30,783 nt of DNA, from IMG/VR virus record IMGVR_UViG_3300034116_000273, positions 1 through 30,783 of that record, one strand, 5' to 3'. Source of the DNA: a virus. Its lineage: Duplodnaviria > Caudoviricetes. Below are positions 16,855 to 26,947 of this stretch, piece after piece. Every line of letters starts with the position of its first letter. The first letter of the stretch is position 1. The notes under the pieces are model-generated. The model ran no database searches, had not been told where the DNA came from, and saw only the letters and a list, made by a program, of their open reading frames with translations. Made by a program: the position numbers and the translations under genes.

Positions 16855-16859
16855 AAAGA

Positions 16860-18374
16860 TTATGCGAAATACTGAGTAACCTTAACGATACCTGGTCCGC
16901 CAGCTTGTCCTGATTGTGCTCCAGATCTTGCTCCGGCTGCTCCACCGCCTCCACCGCCTCCATAAGAAGTTCCACTTGTAGGAGAACAATTTGGAGTAAC
17001 TGAAGAAGGTGGAATACAATAAGTTCCTTGTCCTCCTCTTCCACCTGCTCCAAGAGTTATTCCACAAAGAGTAGCTGAAGATCCTCCTGCTCCTGCAAAA
17101 CCTCCGTAATAAGTTCCAGTATTAGTAACATAGGTTTGTCCTCCTCCTCCACCACCTCCTGGTGCAGTTGCGCAAGAACCTCCTGAAAATGCAGAAACAT
17201 CTCCTGCTGCAGTACAGGATCCTCCCCCTGCTCCACCGTTAGCATAGTTTCCAACCCCTCCAGGTGCAGAACCTGTAGGAACTTCTGGTGCAAATGCAGT
17301 TGTATTAGAAATTGCTGCGCAACCATCAGAACCTTTAGTAGCAGTAACTAAAGTTCCAAAACAAGATGCTCCAGATCCAACTACAATAGACTGAGAAGTC
17401 CCAAAATCAGAAGTTAGAGTGCAGATAGAAACTCCGCCACCACCGCCACCTCCGCCACCGGTAGATGCTTTATTTGGACCTGGGGTTGGTGTAGATCCAC
17501 CTCCTGCTCCTGCTCCACCTGCTCCAATTGCAACTACCTCTACACAGACTGCTCCTGGACAACAGGACCAAGTTCCATTAGAAGTAAAACACTGAACTAC
17601 GCAAGTAACGTACTGGGTGATTTTCATGATACCTGGTGCTCCTGCTCCTCCAGCTCCTCCACCTCCGGTGTTGGTATAACCTGCTCCTCCTCCACCGCCA
17701 CCTGCTCCATAGTTAGATGCTGCACATCCTGGACTTGGTGGTGCTGCCGGAAGACAAAAAGTAGTGCAGCCACTTTGTCCGCCTGTTCCAAGAACAAGTC
17801 CGCATAAAGTAGATCCACTTCCTCCGGATCTCCGTGAGGCTTGAACATAAGAAGGTGAATTAGTTCCGTCTGATGCTCCTCCTCCTCCGGGAAATCCAGT
17901 TTTAGATTGACCAGCTCCTCCTGCATTTGCTGGAGATGTAGATGTACTACCACCACAACCTCCATGGGAAGAATTTCCTTGGTTTCCAACTCCTCCAGGT
18001 GCACAAGATCTATCTGATGAATTTCCTCCTGCACCTCCAGGAACAATAACCAATGCGCCAAAACAAGTAGATCCACCAGCAGAATTTGCTCCTCCCCCAC
18101 CTCCAATTCTTACACATTCAGTAGAACTAAACCCAGAAGTTAAAGTGCAAATAGAAACTCCTCCTGCTCCTCCTCCTCCTGCACCATTAACCATTGCACC
18201 TGAAGTAAATGTTCCATTTGCTCCTCCTCCACCGCCTCCAACTGCAACTACTTCAAGACAAACTGCAGAAGGACAGCAAGACCAAGTTCCATTAGCAGTA
18301 AAACACTGGACTATAGTTCCGTAAGCTACTGTTGCGCATTGACTGCCGGCTATGCCTATCCCTGTTAGTATCAT
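16860..18374 (-). CDS. Glycine-rich, Cys-rich virion protein with tandem domain duplication
   Basis: Two copies of VQCFTxNGTWSCCP...GIxKxTQY. Confidence 0.8.
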   Translation of the reverse strand: MILTGIGIAGSQCATVAYGTIVQCFTANGTWSCCPSAVCLEVVAVGGGGGGANGTFTSGAMVNGAGGGGAGGVSICTLTSGFSSTECVRIGGGGGANSAGGSTCFGALVIVPGGAGGNSSDRSCAPGGVGNQGNSSHGGCGGSTSTSPANAGGAGQSKTGFPGGGGASDGTNSPSYVQASRRSGGSGSTLCGLVLGTGGQSGCTTFCLPAAPPSPGCAASNYGAGGGGGGAGYTNTGGGGAGGAGAPGIMKITQYVTCVVQCFTSNGTWSCCPGAVCVEVVAIGAGGAGAGGGSTPTPGPNKASTGGGGGGGGGVSICTLTSDFGTSQSIVVGSGASCFGTLVTATKGSDGCAAISNTTAFAPEVPTGSAPGGVGNYANGGAGGGSCTAAGDVSAFSGGSCATAPGGGGGGGQTYVTNTGTYYGGFAGAGGSSATLCGITLGAGGRGGQGTYCIPPSSVTPNCSPTSGTSYGGGGGGGAAGARSGAQSGQAGGPGIVKVTQYFA

Positions 18375-18376
18375 AA

Positions 18377-20233
18377 TTATGCGCTTAGATCTCCGAACAT
18401 ATACCAGGTGTCCGTATCCTGTTTAACAAGTGTTGCTCCAGAATAAGCCTGTGCTAGTTGTTTTTTAAGTCCTGCGGAATAGAGAGTAACTCCTGCTGCT
18501 CCAGTAACTCCTAGTGCACCAACCCCAATTCCATAACCTCTAGCAACCATTATCTGCGAGCCTGTTACAAATGCAGTAGTTGCGTTAGTTGGAATGGTAA
18601 ATGTTAGTGCTGCAGCCGATCCGCCGATGATTAGTTTATTTACGTCGGATAAACCAAAAGTATAATTCGAGTATTTAATGTTGTTAGCAACAATGGAAGT
18701 GTCTAGACCAGAAGTTCCAGAAGTACCAGAAGTTCCACTAGATCCGTTAGCCCCGGAAGTACCAGATGTACCATTTACGCCAGAAGTGCCTGACGTTCCG
18801 TCTGTCCCACTCGTGCCGCTAGTTCCACTAACTCCAGAAGTACCAGAAGTTCCACTAGATCCATTAGCCCCAGAAGTACCAGATGTACCGTTTACTCCAG
18901 AAGTTCCAGAAGTTCCATCGATACCAGAAGTTCCACTAGTTCCGTTAACTCCAGAAGTGCCCGACGTTCCGTTAGCCCCGGAGGTGCCAGAAGTTCCATC
19001 AGTACCAGATGTTCCGTTGACGCCGGAAGTACCAGAAGTACCATTTACGCCAGAAGTGCCTGACGTTCCGTCTGTCCCACTCGTGCCGCTAGTTCCACTA
19101 ACTCCGGAAGTACCAGAAGTTCCATCCGCCCCGGAGGTACCAGATGTTCCGTTTACGCCAGAAGTACCAGAAGTTCCGCTTGTTCCAGAAGGAAGAGAAA
19201 CTAAAATTAAAAGAATGTCTTCGTTGTTGGAGAAAGAATAAGTCGATGTGGTAAGTGTTACTCCATAAGTCCAGTAGGTCGAATTATCTGTTTTAGAAGT
19301 TATTGTCCAAGATTGGTAATCCAAATGTGAAGATTGACTTTGGATTGTAATCGTAGAACCAACAGGAAGACTTGATAAGAACAAATCTAAATTGTCGTTG
19401 TTTCTATCTAGTTCTGAAACATAAATTTCTGTAGCAGAAGCTTGAGTTACGTTATTCCAAGTAATGTGGGTAGATCCAGGATCTCCAGACTGAGAATTAG
19501 TTTTTGCAACGTAGCTAAAGAAAGAGTTAGAAAATCCTTGCTGTCCTTGTGGTCCGGTTGCTCCGTTAACTCCAGAAGTTCCCGAAGTACCATTTACTCC
19601 AGAAGTACCAGATGTTCCATCAGTCCCAGAAGTACCACTTGTTCCAGATACACCAGATGTTCCGCTTGTTCCATCGGTGCCACTAGTTCCGTTTACGCCG
19701 GAAGTACCAGATGTACCGTCGGTTCCAGAAGTACCAGAAGTTCCACTTGTCCCATCTGTGCCGCTAGTTCCGTTTACGCCAGAAGTACCAGAAGTTCCGT
19801 TAGCCCCGGAAGTGCCCGATGTTCCGTTAGATCCACTTACACCTGAAGTTCCGCTAGATCCGCTAGATCCGTTAGCCCCGGAAGTACCAGAAGTACCGCT
19901 AGATCCACTTACGCCGGAAGTTCCGGAAGTACCGCTAGATCCACTAGCTCCGGAGGTACCAGAAGTACCATTCACTCCAGAAGTACCCGAAGTACCGCTA
20001 GATCCGTTAGCTCCGTTAGCCCCGGAAGTACCAGAAGTACCAGAAGTACCGGCTGCTCCAGTTCCTCCTCCTCCGACGTTAATGTTAGAACCGGTGGAAT
20101 TGATAGCATAAAGAGTAGACCCGTCTGTATAGAGGGTTATGTAATCAGATGTTGGATTGGAAGGGGCTGTATTGGTGATGGAAAGATCTATCTGTCCTCC
20201 AGTTTCCCCTATAATAAATTTAGCAAGGCTCAT
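18377..20233 (-). CDS. Collagen-like (Gly-Thr-Ser)n fibre protein
   Basis: Two long G-X-Y blocks; C-terminal [10 protein letters not shown]...DTWYMFGDL domain. Confidence 0.8.
   Translation of the reverse strand: MSLAKFIIGETGGQIDLSITNTAPSNPTSDYITLYTDGSTLYAINSTGSNINVGGGGTGAAGTSGTSGTSGANGANGSSGTSGTSGVNGTSGTSGASGSSGTSGTSGVSGSSGTSGTSGANGSSGSSGTSGVSGSNGTSGTSGANGTSGTSGVNGTSGTDGTSGTSGTSGTDGTSGTSGVNGTSGTDGTSGTSGVSGTSGTSGTDGTSGTSGVNGTSGTSGVNGATGPQGQQGFSNSFFSYVAKTNSQSGDPGSTHITWNNVTQASATEIYVSELDRNNDNLDLFLSSLPVGSTITIQSQSSHLDYQSWTITSKTDNSTYWTYGVTLTTSTYSFSNNEDILLILVSLPSGTSGTSGTSGVNGTSGTSGADGTSGTSGVSGTSGTSGTDGTSGTSGVNGTSGTSGVNGTSGTDGTSGTSGANGTSGTSGVNGTSGTSGIDGTSGTSGVNGTSGTSGANGSSGTSGTSGVSGTSGTSGTDGTSGTSGVNGTSGTSGANGSSGTSGTSGTSGLDTSIVANNIKYSNYTFGLSDVNKLIIGGSAAALTFTIPTNATTAFVTGSQIMVARGYGIGVGALGVTGAAGVTLYSAGLKKQLAQAYSGATLVKQDTDTWYMFGDLSA
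18768..19105. repeat. Exact 68-bp direct repeat inside the GTS array
   Basis: 18768-18835 equals 19038-19105. Confidence 0.8.
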
Positions 20234-20810
20234 ATGGACTAGGTATTTGTTTTAAGAAAATATTATCGTTAATTTGGACTGTTCCCCCGTTTTCTATTAG
20301 GACAGGATTACAGTAAGTAATGGTGTTTGTTTCGACTGTAAAATATTCCCCGTTGAAAACTGTGCAGGGAAAATTAGCCATCGGAATAGAAGTGACGTAA
20401 ACAACGTTGAAGAGGCCCTCGTTATCCGAAACATAAGGAACAAACTTTATTTCCCTCTCACATTCGTCTTCCGTATAAAGGAATGCCTGCCCTCTGTCTA
20501 TTTCTTCATAGGTTCCGGCTAGTGGGTTTAGAGTTGCAGTTGCAGTGTTGTAAACTATGTAGTCGAAGTTCTCTAAAGGATACAAATAAACAGAACCGTT
20601 GATGGGATCCGAATATTCTGTAACTGCTACCGTGTCGAACTCTAGTTCCACAAATCTATAGTTTCTCCTTACTATGCTAGGGACAACCTCAAAGGTTTCT
20701 CTAGAGTAAGCGTTGGTAAAAACTATTGTGAAAAAGTTTCCCACGCTAGAAGATACCGTGTCTGCATAGACAACGACATTATTGGTTGCGCCGAGAGTTA
20801 AATTAAACAT
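20220..20810 (-). CDS. Putative virion (head-closure-like) protein
   Basis: 196 aa, follows the major tail gene, has its own late promoter. Confidence 0.55.
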   Translation of the reverse strand: MFNLTLGATNNVVVYADTVSSSVGNFFTIVFTNAYSRETFEVVPSIVRRNYRFVELEFDTVAVTEYSDPINGSVYLYPLENFDYIVYNTATATLNPLAGTYEEIDRGQAFLYTEDECEREIKFVPYVSDNEGLFNVVYVTSIPMANFPCTVFNGEYFTVETNTITYCNPVLIENGGTVQINDNIFLKQIPSPYEPC

Positions 20811-20817
20811 TCAACAT

Positions 20818-20843
20818 TAAGTATAAAAACAAAGAAAACTGAC
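20818..20843 (-). promoter_or_regulatory. Putative late promoter GTCA-N15-ATACTTA
   Basis: 7 nt before ATG 20810. Confidence 0.75.
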
Positions 20844-20878
20844 ACAACAAGCCCCCGGAATGGGAAAAACCGGGGGCT
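20844..20878 (-). terminator. Rho-independent terminator after capsid/major tail operon
   Basis: AGCCCCCGG/CCGGGGGCT stem, 11-nt loop, TTGTTGTGT tail. Confidence 0.7.
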
Positions 20879-20915
20879 GTCTAGGAAAATGTGTCCTTCC
20901 TGTGTGTTAGGACAT

Positions 20916-21452
20916 TTACGCGTTGGTTACTGTTACGCCGGTTAGAGAGGCTAGAGACGAAACCTGGTAAGCCATTTCTGGTTCCATTGCTTGCAATACA
21001 AAAGAATATTGCGATGCGTCTCCTGGGGCCACCCCAGTGACTGTAGTTCCAGTGCTGACAACGCAGCCTCTGGTTAGTCCGACGAGCCAGTAAAGCCCGT
21101 TATTGTCTTCAAACAGAACCTTAGAGTTTCTGTTGTAAGTAAGAAGTTGGATTTGGGCTCTCTTAGCAGAAGATAGATGCTGAACAGGGATTGTAACCTC
21201 CTGGGTAAAGAAGGCTGTCCCGTTGGTGTTGGAGATGTTGAAAGTCTCAGTGAAACTTGCAACGTCTTTTGCCACCTCTATCTGATAGAATGTTCCAGTT
21301 GCTCCAGTGCAGGCTGTGATACCTGATGTTGCTCCTGCAGTGATTGTACCTAGATCTGCATTAGAACTCACCCAAAGCGTTTTGATACCACCGATTGAAT
21401 CCAAACAATCTAGGGCGATTGCGGCGGTGAGATTACATGATGTACTTGCCAT
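20916..21452 (-). CDS. Putative major tail (tube) protein
   Basis: CLDSIGGIK, NGTAFFTQEV, EDNNGLYWLVG; follows the capsid gene. Confidence 0.65.
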   Translation of the reverse strand: MASTSCNLTAAIALDCLDSIGGIKTLWVSSNADLGTITAGATSGITACTGATGTFYQIEVAKDVASFTETFNISNTNGTAFFTQEVTIPVQHLSSAKRAQIQLLTYNRNSKVLFEDNNGLYWLVGLTRGCVVSTGTTVTGVAPGDASQYSFVLQAMEPEMAYQVSSLASLTGVTVTNA

Positions 21453-21477
21453 AATTTAGTGAGTTATTTTAGTTTGA

Positions 21478-22422
21478 TTAGATCGTAGATACGAACTGTG
21501 AATTGTAGATTGCAGTTCCAAGTTTGAACTTAGACATGAAATTCACTACATCTTGTGAAGGATCGTAGTAGAATTTGAACTTATCTGCATCATCAAGAAG
21601 ACCAGTACCAAAGAAAATGTACTTTTTAGGCCCAACTAGGATGTGAGTGTTCACATTGATTCCTGGTGCTGCGAAAATCGTGCAATTAGTTCCTGGAAAT
21701 ACAAATGAAGAAGGTGAATCTCCAGTTGCGTTGGTGATGTTAGGGTATTGACTGATCAATGAATTACCTTCTGCCATGATAGCCTGTACTAGGATCTGGT
21801 AGTTAGTGTAAGACATGTAAGCAATCAAGTCGTTCTCCTGCTTAAGTGCATTCGAAAGTTTGTTGATAATTCCCCACATAGATGCGAATGCAGTTGAAAC
21901 TGCGAAAGGAACTGTAATTCCTGCTCCGGTACCACCGATACATCCGTTTGCTACGGTTCCCTGTGCAAGTAGACCGTCTAGAGACGCTCCATCACCCTGC
22001 CAGATAGTGTTTTCAACATACTGTGCGATGTTAGCCACTTTGTTGTTAGCGATCTGAGCCTCGAAAGGAACAGTTTCATGGTAAGCAGAAGGGGTCAACT
22101 GAGAAGATAACCAGTAGTTATACAAGTCGTCTGGACACAGTTGTTCCTTCAGCATTTTCGCTTGAACAACTAGATCAATTTGATCGAAAACAGTCGCGTT
22201 TCCAGTTGCTCCACCAGGACCAGTTGTAGCAGTTGAAAAACCACAAGTTGCATCGATGATGTAAGGATTAGAGTTAAGTACGTTGATCGCTGAAGTACCT
22301 GCCGTCTTGCCTGCCTGCAAAGTTAGCATCTGTACTGAGTAAGGCTTCAAAAGGGCCTTGCTGATAAGGTCGGTTGATAGTTCGTCCGTATATGTGGACA
22401 AACCTGATAAATCGAAAGACAT
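21478..22422 (-). CDS. Major capsid protein
   Basis: 314 aa after protease and scaffold; EQLCPDDL, ENTIWQGD, FGTGLLDD. Confidence 0.8.
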   Translation of the reverse strand: MSFDLSGLSTYTDELSTDLISKALLKPYSVQMLTLQAGKTAGTSAINVLNSNPYIIDATCGFSTATTGPGGATGNATVFDQIDLVVQAKMLKEQLCPDDLYNYWLSSQLTPSAYHETVPFEAQIANNKVANIAQYVENTIWQGDGASLDGLLAQGTVANGCIGGTGAGITVPFAVSTAFASMWGIINKLSNALKQENDLIAYMSYTNYQILVQAIMAEGNSLISQYPNITNATGDSPSSFVFPGTNCTIFAAPGINVNTHILVGPKKYIFFGTGLLDDADKFKFYYDPSQDVVNFMSKFKLGTAIYNSQFVSTI

Positions 22423-22444
22423 AGTTTTTAGTTATTTGTTTTTT

Positions 22445-23032
22445 TTAGAATTTTCTGTTTGGTTTAATGCTGGTTCTTAGAGACTTTAGTTGCTCAACAC
22501 GAGCATCTAGTGCGTCTACTTTTTCCGACATTGGGTTAGCACTGAATGTGCTTATTTTAGAGGACGCAGGTTCTTTAGAAAGTTTTTCCATCTTAGTTTT
22601 GTAAGCGGCCATGTCTTCTTTAACCATTGCAACCTCTTTAGCAACCTCTTCGATCGCTTCCATACATTGCATGATCATTTCCTTCATGTCCTGTTCGATG
22701 ATTTCTTTTTCTGTTTTTACTGGTTCTTCCTCCATTTTCTCTTCCTCTTTTGCTGCTTCGATCTCCACCTCAACCTTTGGTTCTGGTTTTTCTACTGCAG
22801 TGATTGTTCCCTCGCTGTCGACTGTAACTTTAGTTCCGTCTTCGGTTGTGTGTACTCCTTCGGGTGCTGGTCCTTTTTCTCCGGTTTCAGATACAACAAA
22901 TATCTTTTTACCAGGTTCAAAAGCTTCAGCCTCGACTTTAGTAACCATGTCCTCCAACATAGCCTCAGCCATCTTAGTCTCTAGTCCTAGAGCAATTCTG
23001 ATTTGGTTTAGTTTTTCTTGATAATAATTCAT
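22445..23032 (-). CDS. Capsid scaffolding protein
   Basis: Acidic, coiled-coil, PAPEGVHTTEDG motif; between protease and capsid. Confidence 0.7.
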   Translation of the reverse strand: MNYYQEKLNQIRIALGLETKMAEAMLEDMVTKVEAEAFEPGKKIFVVSETGEKGPAPEGVHTTEDGTKVTVDSEGTITAVEKPEPKVEVEIEAAKEEEKMEEEPVKTEKEIIEQDMKEMIMQCMEAIEEVAKEVAMVKEDMAAYKTKMEKLSKEPASSKISTFSANPMSEKVDALDARVEQLKSLRTSIKPNRKF

Positions 23033-23057
23033 TAGTTAATTATTTTGTTTACAATGG

Positions 23058-23083
23058 TAAGTATAAAAATTAAAAGGACTGAC
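23058..23083 (-). promoter_or_regulatory. Putative late promoter GTCA-N15-ATACTTA
   Basis: 25 nt before the scaffold ATG. Confidence 0.75.
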
Positions 23084-23088
23084 ATATC

Positions 23089-24576
23089 TTAGATTGACTT
23101 TAGGATTTTCATAATCCTGTCGTATGTCTCCCTGTCTTTTTTGTAGGCCTCGTAGTCTTCCTTAGACATAAAGTTTCCTTCGATAGAAAAACCATTTAGT
23201 TCTCCCGCTTTGATTTTTTTCCAAACTTTAGGGTCTTGGACACGCATTGAAACCATCCACGTTCCTACCGGTACATTTAGCCCGTATTTCGTGTTAGCCT
23301 TATCGTCTTCTGTTTCTACTATCCAGGTCTCTTTTACGTATGAATTAGCCTCGTTAGCCTCGTCGTGTTCGATGTTGGTGTCCCCGTTGCGCAGTTCACG
23401 CATAAACTTTTCAGCAATCTTTGCGATGGTTTCTTTAGAAAACTTTACGTAGTATGGTTCTTTAGTCTTTTGGTCTTTGCGTAGGATTTCCATGTCTGGA
23501 ATCATTGCAGGTCCTATAACAACTCTTTGATCTTCGGAGGCGAAAACCATTTTTACCGGTTTTTCTTCGGCTCCAAATGCGAACTTTTTGTTTTTGTGGA
23601 TAGAAAAAGCATAGTCTTCTAGTTCTGGGTGATATCCTATGTAAACTAGTCTTGCCGAGTCGGTTATAGTTTCCCCGTCTACTTCTACCTCCGCAGGTTC
23701 AATATTAGTTGGTTCGTTAAACCAGTATTCAACGTTATAACCACCGTCTTGCAACAGTTCCACCACTAGACCTCTGTCGTAGTCTTCGTCTTCTGCTTGC
23801 AAAACAACCTTTTGACCTCTCGGTAGGGGAATACCCTGCAGTGCAAAATTGTCTTTTTTCTTTTTAGGAACTTGATCTACGTAAGGGGGTAGTCCAGATA
23901 CGTCGATAGACATTTCTTCTTTACGGATTTGTTTTAGTTTTCTCTCCGCCCACTCTACACCAGCGTCCCCGCCCCATGCGTCCCACATTAACTTACCGCA
24001 ACCTTCGCCGTAAGGCGTGTCCGAGTTTTGTTTGTGTCTTTGGAATGCTGACATCCTTGCGATTGTGTCTTCTGAAATAGGTTCTCTGTTTGCTAGTTGG
24101 TTTGCTCTAGCCTTACCTGGTCCCATTCCGCAGTCTCCCCAGCCGTTTTCTTCCGCCCAGGCTAGTGCTCTTTTAGCGTTGTTTACTGCTGCTTCTGGAT
24201 AGTCTGTGTAGGTTTCTGCAAACTTTTCTGCTTTAGATTTTACTGGAATACAGTTTGGTGTTCCGTCGTCCTTTAAACCGTAGGGCTCGTAGCCTTCCCA
24301 GCATGGATTAGGTTCAATTGCTGCTTTTTCTCTGTATGTGCTGTAGCAAATCGCAGCCGCCTGGTCTGTCTCGTATCCCTCGTCACCAACTAATTTTGCT
24401 ATGCAACGCGGAATGAATTCGTCTTCTGATTCTCCTGCTCCTGGATCTACGAACACCTCTTTTTTAAAGGCCATCCAGTTTTTTTCGATTGCTGGTACGT
24501 CCACTAGAGAGATTGCAAAGACACCTGATTGTTCTAGGTCTTCTACTATTTCTAAGTCTATAACTTTTTTTTCCAT
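23089..24576 (-). CDS. Prohead serine protease (XkdF-like) with inserted domains
   Basis: AISLVDVPAIE, IGPAMIPD, NIEHD, GTWMVSMRV, GELNGFSIEG. Confidence 0.85.
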   Translation of the reverse strand: MEKKVIDLEIVEDLEQSGVFAISLVDVPAIEKNWMAFKKEVFVDPGAGESEDEFIPRCIAKLVGDEGYETDQAAAICYSTYREKAAIEPNPCWEGYEPYGLKDDGTPNCIPVKSKAEKFAETYTDYPEAAVNNAKRALAWAEENGWGDCGMGPGKARANQLANREPISEDTIARMSAFQRHKQNSDTPYGEGCGKLMWDAWGGDAGVEWAERKLKQIRKEEMSIDVSGLPPYVDQVPKKKKDNFALQGIPLPRGQKVVLQAEDEDYDRGLVVELLQDGGYNVEYWFNEPTNIEPAEVEVDGETITDSARLVYIGYHPELEDYAFSIHKNKKFAFGAEEKPVKMVFASEDQRVVIGPAMIPDMEILRKDQKTKEPYYVKFSKETIAKIAEKFMRELRNGDTNIEHDEANEANSYVKETWIVETEDDKANTKYGLNVPVGTWMVSMRVQDPKVWKKIKAGELNGFSIEGNFMSKEDYEAYKKDRETYDRIMKILKSI

Positions 24577-24583
24577 ATAATAC

Positions 24584-24609
24584 TAAGTATATTTTTTTTA
24601 TAAAGTGGC
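24584..24609 (-). promoter_or_regulatory. Putative late promoter GCCA-N15-ATACTTA
   Basis: 7 nt before ATG 24576. Confidence 0.7.
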
Positions 24610-26940
24610 TAATGATGATAATTTTGCGTCCGCCTCCTGTTGATTTGTCATTTCTGACGCAACTACGTATGTTTTTATGATCGGGGCTTGGTTCATAGAG
24701 GGGGTTTCAGGCCCGGGGCTATTACCCATATTATTTATCTGCTCTAAAATTGGTAGGAAATTAGCAGTAGATCTGCGGTTTACCACATATTCTCCGCCTT
24801 CTACTTCACCTAGGGCCGTCTGGATACCTCCCATGTCGTGTGATGGGCCGCCTAGAATACCTCCAGATTGGTACATAGATCCAGAAGATTTACCTTTTGC
24901 TGCTCCGCCTCCGCTAGATTTAGATTCATACTGGGTCTGGGATATTTTGGACAGTGCAAAAGCGGTCGAGGCTGCTGCTGCGGCTAATCTAATGGCCGAG
25001 GCTACACCTAAGGTAAAGTCAGGAACAGATAAAATAGCGGTGACTGCTTTAGCCCCGTCTATAACTGCTAGTGCATACTGCAGTTTCTTTTGCTTTTCGA
25101 ACTGTTCTTTTGCTAGTTTATCTTTTTCTGCGTCGGATAGTTTTTCGTCGTTTAGAATTTTGTCCGTCTTGATCTGGTTTAGTTCCATTAAACCATTTGC
25201 AACCCCTGCTGCAAATTCGTATCCTGCGTTAAGCGCATCTATGACTTCTGCTTTTTCTGTTTCCCTAATTCCTTTTTTCTTCTGGAACAGGGCGAGTTCT
25301 AGCTTATAATATTCCTCGTTAGTTTTTTCAGTTGCTGCTAGTTTTTCTTCTAGCTCTTTTAGCTCTAGTGCATCCTGTTCTTTTCTTAACTGTCTGCTGT
25401 TTAGTCCCTTTTGCTCTAGTAGGGCTTTCTCTTTGTCGTAAGTTTTAGAGATAGCGTCTATTTTGTCCTTGTAGGTTTTAGCCTCTTCTGCTTTAACCTT
25501 ATCGTCTGCTGCTTTTTTGTCTGCTGCAACTTTTTCGTTGTATGCTTTAGCCTGCTCGACTAGCAGTTCTTGCTTCTGGGCTTCTAGTTGGGCCTGCATG
25601 TCTGCATTACCCTTGGCCTTCTCTATGAGTTTATCGTAGTTTTCAGTAGTCTGCTGTTGCTGCTGCTGAAACTTTTCCGCGTCTGTATTTATTAGGGCGG
25701 CTGCTAATTCTTTTTGGGTAGCCTTTTCTTTCTCTGCTGCATCCTCGTTGATCTTTGCAACCGCTAGCGCGTAGGCCTCGTCTGCTTCTATCTTTAGTTT
25801 CTTTTTCTCTGCTGCTGTATATTTCCCCCTGTCGATTTCTCTCTTGGTGTTTTCTAGATCTATCTGGGCTGCTTTTTTGTCTCTCTCCTCCTGGTCTTTG
25901 ATCGAGGCTAACAGGTTCTTCTGCTCTGCTGCTCTGATTTTATCCTGGGCGGCTTGTCTTTCTGCTGCATAAGCCTTAGCCTTATCTGCTGCTTCCTTGT
26001 CTCTCGTTGCTTGTTCAGCATCTAGTTTCTTTTGCTGCTGATTAAACTGTCTCTGTTTTGCTGCTGCGTCTTGTTGTACTTGGGCGAGTGCAATTTCTGC
26101 ATTTCTCATTTCCTCCCTTAATTTAAGGTCGTCATCGTGTGCATCGTAAAGTGCTTTAGCAATTCTAAGTTTTTCTTTAGCATTAGCAACCTCTAGTTTA
26201 GTTTGTTTGTCTTCTGCTACTCTTATTTGTTCCAACGCTTGCTTTTTTCTGTCGTAAGTTTCGTTGGTATCTGATAAAATATCTTTTGCTTCTGCTAGTT
26301 GTTTGTTAGTTTCTGCTCTAGATACTGCTGCTTTTTGTTCTTCCTGGGCTAGTTTTAGAGTAGCATCTGATAATTTACCTGCTTCTGCTGCTGCTCCGCC
26401 TAATAATCCTGCTACTATCTCTAGTCCACCGGCTACTAATTCTCCGATTGATGCAGCTAAATCTTCAATAAGACCGATTACAGGGTCTATTATCTCTCCG
26501 AAAACTGCAGTTATTTTATTAAGCGCACCAAATCCCTTCTCGGTGTTCCCCATCACCTTGGTTATAGTCGTAAACACTGCAACCAAAGCTGTTATTACCG
26601 CCCCGATAGGGTTCATTACGAATGCTGTTGCTGCTTTAGATAGCCCCTGGAAACCCGAGATAGCCCCGCCGATTGGGCCTGGGATAGATGTTAGAGATTG
26701 TCCTATATTTTTTAGACCATCTATAGCTCCTTTAGGCTTTAGCCCATCTATTCCTTCTTTCTGCAGTATCCCCAAAGCCTGCTTAGCCTTGTTGGATTCG
26801 CTGACTAGGTTGCTGAAGTTAGGATCGTTGATGTCCGAAGTTTTTATCTGCTCGTCTAGCGCTGCGATCTGCTCTTGGATCCCAGCAAGGGTTTTCATTG
26901 CTGGTTCTCCGTTTATCTTTAGTACAAATTCTTTTGCCAT
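24598..26940 (-). CDS. Tape measure protein
   Basis: 780 aa, Ala/Lys/Glu coiled-coil, hydrophobic segments, C-terminal GPSHDMGG...EGGEYVVN. Confidence 0.85.
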   Translation of the reverse strand: MAKEFVLKINGEPAMKTLAGIQEQIAALDEQIKTSDINDPNFSNLVSESNKAKQALGILQKEGIDGLKPKGAIDGLKNIGQSLTSIPGPIGGAISGFQGLSKAATAFVMNPIGAVITALVAVFTTITKVMGNTEKGFGALNKITAVFGEIIDPVIGLIEDLAASIGELVAGGLEIVAGLLGGAAAEAGKLSDATLKLAQEEQKAAVSRAETNKQLAEAKDILSDTNETYDRKKQALEQIRVAEDKQTKLEVANAKEKLRIAKALYDAHDDDLKLREEMRNAEIALAQVQQDAAAKQRQFNQQQKKLDAEQATRDKEAADKAKAYAAERQAAQDKIRAAEQKNLLASIKDQEERDKKAAQIDLENTKREIDRGKYTAAEKKKLKIEADEAYALAVAKINEDAAEKEKATQKELAAALINTDAEKFQQQQQQTTENYDKLIEKAKGNADMQAQLEAQKQELLVEQAKAYNEKVAADKKAADDKVKAEEAKTYKDKIDAISKTYDKEKALLEQKGLNSRQLRKEQDALELKELEEKLAATEKTNEEYYKLELALFQKKKGIRETEKAEVIDALNAGYEFAAGVANGLMELNQIKTDKILNDEKLSDAEKDKLAKEQFEKQKKLQYALAVIDGAKAVTAILSVPDFTLGVASAIRLAAAAASTAFALSKISQTQYESKSSGGGAAKGKSSGSMYQSGGILGGPSHDMGGIQTALGEVEGGEYVVNRRSTANFLPILEQINNMGNSPGPETPSMNQAPIIKTYVVASEMTNQQEADAKLSSLATL

Positions 26941-26947
26941 GTGTTAT

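Noticed and set aside
16847-18106. Alternative-frame E/Q/V/L-rich minus ORFs
   Set aside because: By-products of GGA/GCA codon bias in the Gly-rich gene
18700-20050. Possible CRISPR array or DGR repeat
   Set aside because: 9-nt-period coding repeats with no spacers; no cas or reverse transcriptase gene
16328-20111. Plus-strand PEVPEV ORFs (16328, 18678, 19677)
   Set aside because: Antisense shadows of the GTS repeats
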